Positions 63,175 to 64,000 of a DNA stretch of 64,000 nt are shown in pieces. Numbering within the stretch: position 1 is the stretch's first letter; each line of letters opens with the position of its first letter. Both the position numbers and the translations under genes were made by a program. Under the pieces are notes generated by a model. It did no database searches. It was not told the DNA's origin and was given only the letters and a program-made list of their open reading frames with translations. Origin of the DNA: Escherichia coli (lineage in GTDB: Bacteria > Pseudomonadota > Gammaproteobacteria > Enterobacterales > Enterobacteriaceae); assembly GCA_902500205.1 (NCBI GenBank), contig GCA_902500205.1_4868.1. One strand, 5' to 3'.

Positions 63175-64000
63175 ATGCTCAAGGTCGAACGTATCATTTT
63201 GAAAGGATTTACCGGCATGGGGTTACATGAAATCGAAACGTTTGATTTCACCCTTAAGTCAACCGTTACCATCATCCTCGGTGGCAACGGCTGCGGTAAA
63301 ACAAGCCTCCTATCTGTTTTTCTCCCCTTAGCTCCAGCAAAATCAGAATTCCGTGAAGGTGGTTCCTACACTAACTACGCGTTAGTTGGGGACGACCGTC
63401 TTAAGTTTGAAGTCCTGCGTCGTGGCTCTTCTCTGTCTTGTAGTATCTTCAACATCACTAAAGGTGTCTCCGTCGTAGACTCGGTAAACGCCAAAGTTTA
63501 CAACTCCATGGTGGAACAGTTAACCGGGATCACCAAAGAAATCAAAGAGTTAATTAACGGTGAAACCTTATTAACAGACGCCACCACTGAAGTTCGTCGT
63601 AAATGGTTTACGTTAATGTCAGAATCTGATCTGACGTACGTTGTTGGTTGTTATCGTCGTCTGCGTAAACTCGCTTCCAGTTTAAGTGGGGCCATTGAGC
63701 ACACCGGCCGTAAAATCGGTGAGGCAAAAATGCGCGTGGTGGACGATGAAGAAGATCGTGCACGTTTGGAAGTTCGTTTGAAAGAACTGGACGTTGAGCT
63801 TCAGGAACTAAACCGCACCATTGAAGCGAGACCCGGTTTAGATAACGCCGTTTCGGTTGATAGTATCCGGAAACGCATTGCTTCGTTGCAACCGGCCGTA
63901 AAACTCATTATAGAGCGTTATGGTGTTCTGCCTTCTGACGAACTGATTAACGAGTTTCAAAGTCGTGTAGTTGCCTGGCGTGAGCAAGCTGCCTCTGCTG
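63175..64000 (+). CDS. SbcC/Rad50-like ATPase (recombination/repair nuclease subunit), N-terminal part; 3' end beyond window
   Basis: Own translation of a frame absent from the ORF track: MLKVERIILKGFTGMGLHEIETFDFTLKSTVTIILGGNGCGKTSLL.. with Walker A GGNGCGKTS followed by a long charged coiled-coil-like region; open to the window end. Confidence 0.5.
   Translation, partial: MLKVERIILKGFTGMGLHEIETFDFTLKSTVTIILGGNGCGKTSLLSVFLPLAPAKSEFREGGSYTNYALVGDDRLKFEVLRRGSSLSCSIFNITKGVSVVDSVNAKVYNSMVEQLTGITKEIKELINGETLLTDATTEVRRKWFTLMSESDLTYVVGCYRRLRKLASSLSGAIEHTGRKIGEAKMRVVDDEEDRARLEVRLKELDVELQELNRTIEARPGLDNAVSVDSIRKRIASLQPAVKLIIERYGVLPSDELINEFQSRVVAWREQAASA

Noticed and set aside
1-64000. Prophage boundary, integrase, transposase or IS element
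   Set aside because: No recombinase-like ORF, att-like direct repeats or terminal inverted repeats were seen; gene content is continuous phage-type throughout.

Overview
The window reads as a contiguous piece of a large virulent dsDNA phage genome, probably of a Gram-negative (enterobacterial-type) host; no integrase, transposase, tRNA, rRNA or CRISPR array was recognised. Layout: (i) 1-13.0 kb, plus-strand small genes of mostly unknown function, punctuated by UUCG-tetraloop intrinsic terminators; (ii) 13.1-29.6 kb, an array of at least 15 tandem plus-strand genes, 12 of which (plus one at 32.5 kb) share an ~80-aa N-terminal domain (called family A here), including a duplicated three-gene cassette; (iii) 29.7-31.8 kb, a lysis-type cassette (GH108-like endolysin, small ORFs, DUF1353-like, M15-like peptidase); (iv) 33.1-52.9 kb, a long minus-strand operon of three giant tail-fibre-like proteins (1237, 1376, 1727 aa) and a 400-aa coiled-coil fibre protein, followed directly by three paralogous leader-plus-Cys/Gly/Ser-rich small proteins, an unknown 295-aa protein and two radical SAM enzymes (one with a SPASM-like C-terminal Cys cluster); (v) 53-64 kb, accessory genes including four consecutive signal-peptide proteins, a DUF1471-like protein and a partial SbcC/Rad50-like ATPase. 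The most notable candidate system is the radical-SAM / Cys-rich precursor cluster embedded in the tail-fibre operon (33.1-38.5 kb), which has the architecture of a RiPP-like locus. The family-A array with its NGELDGF module boundaries and recombination scars is the second. All functional calls are from motif recognition by eye; no database search was run.
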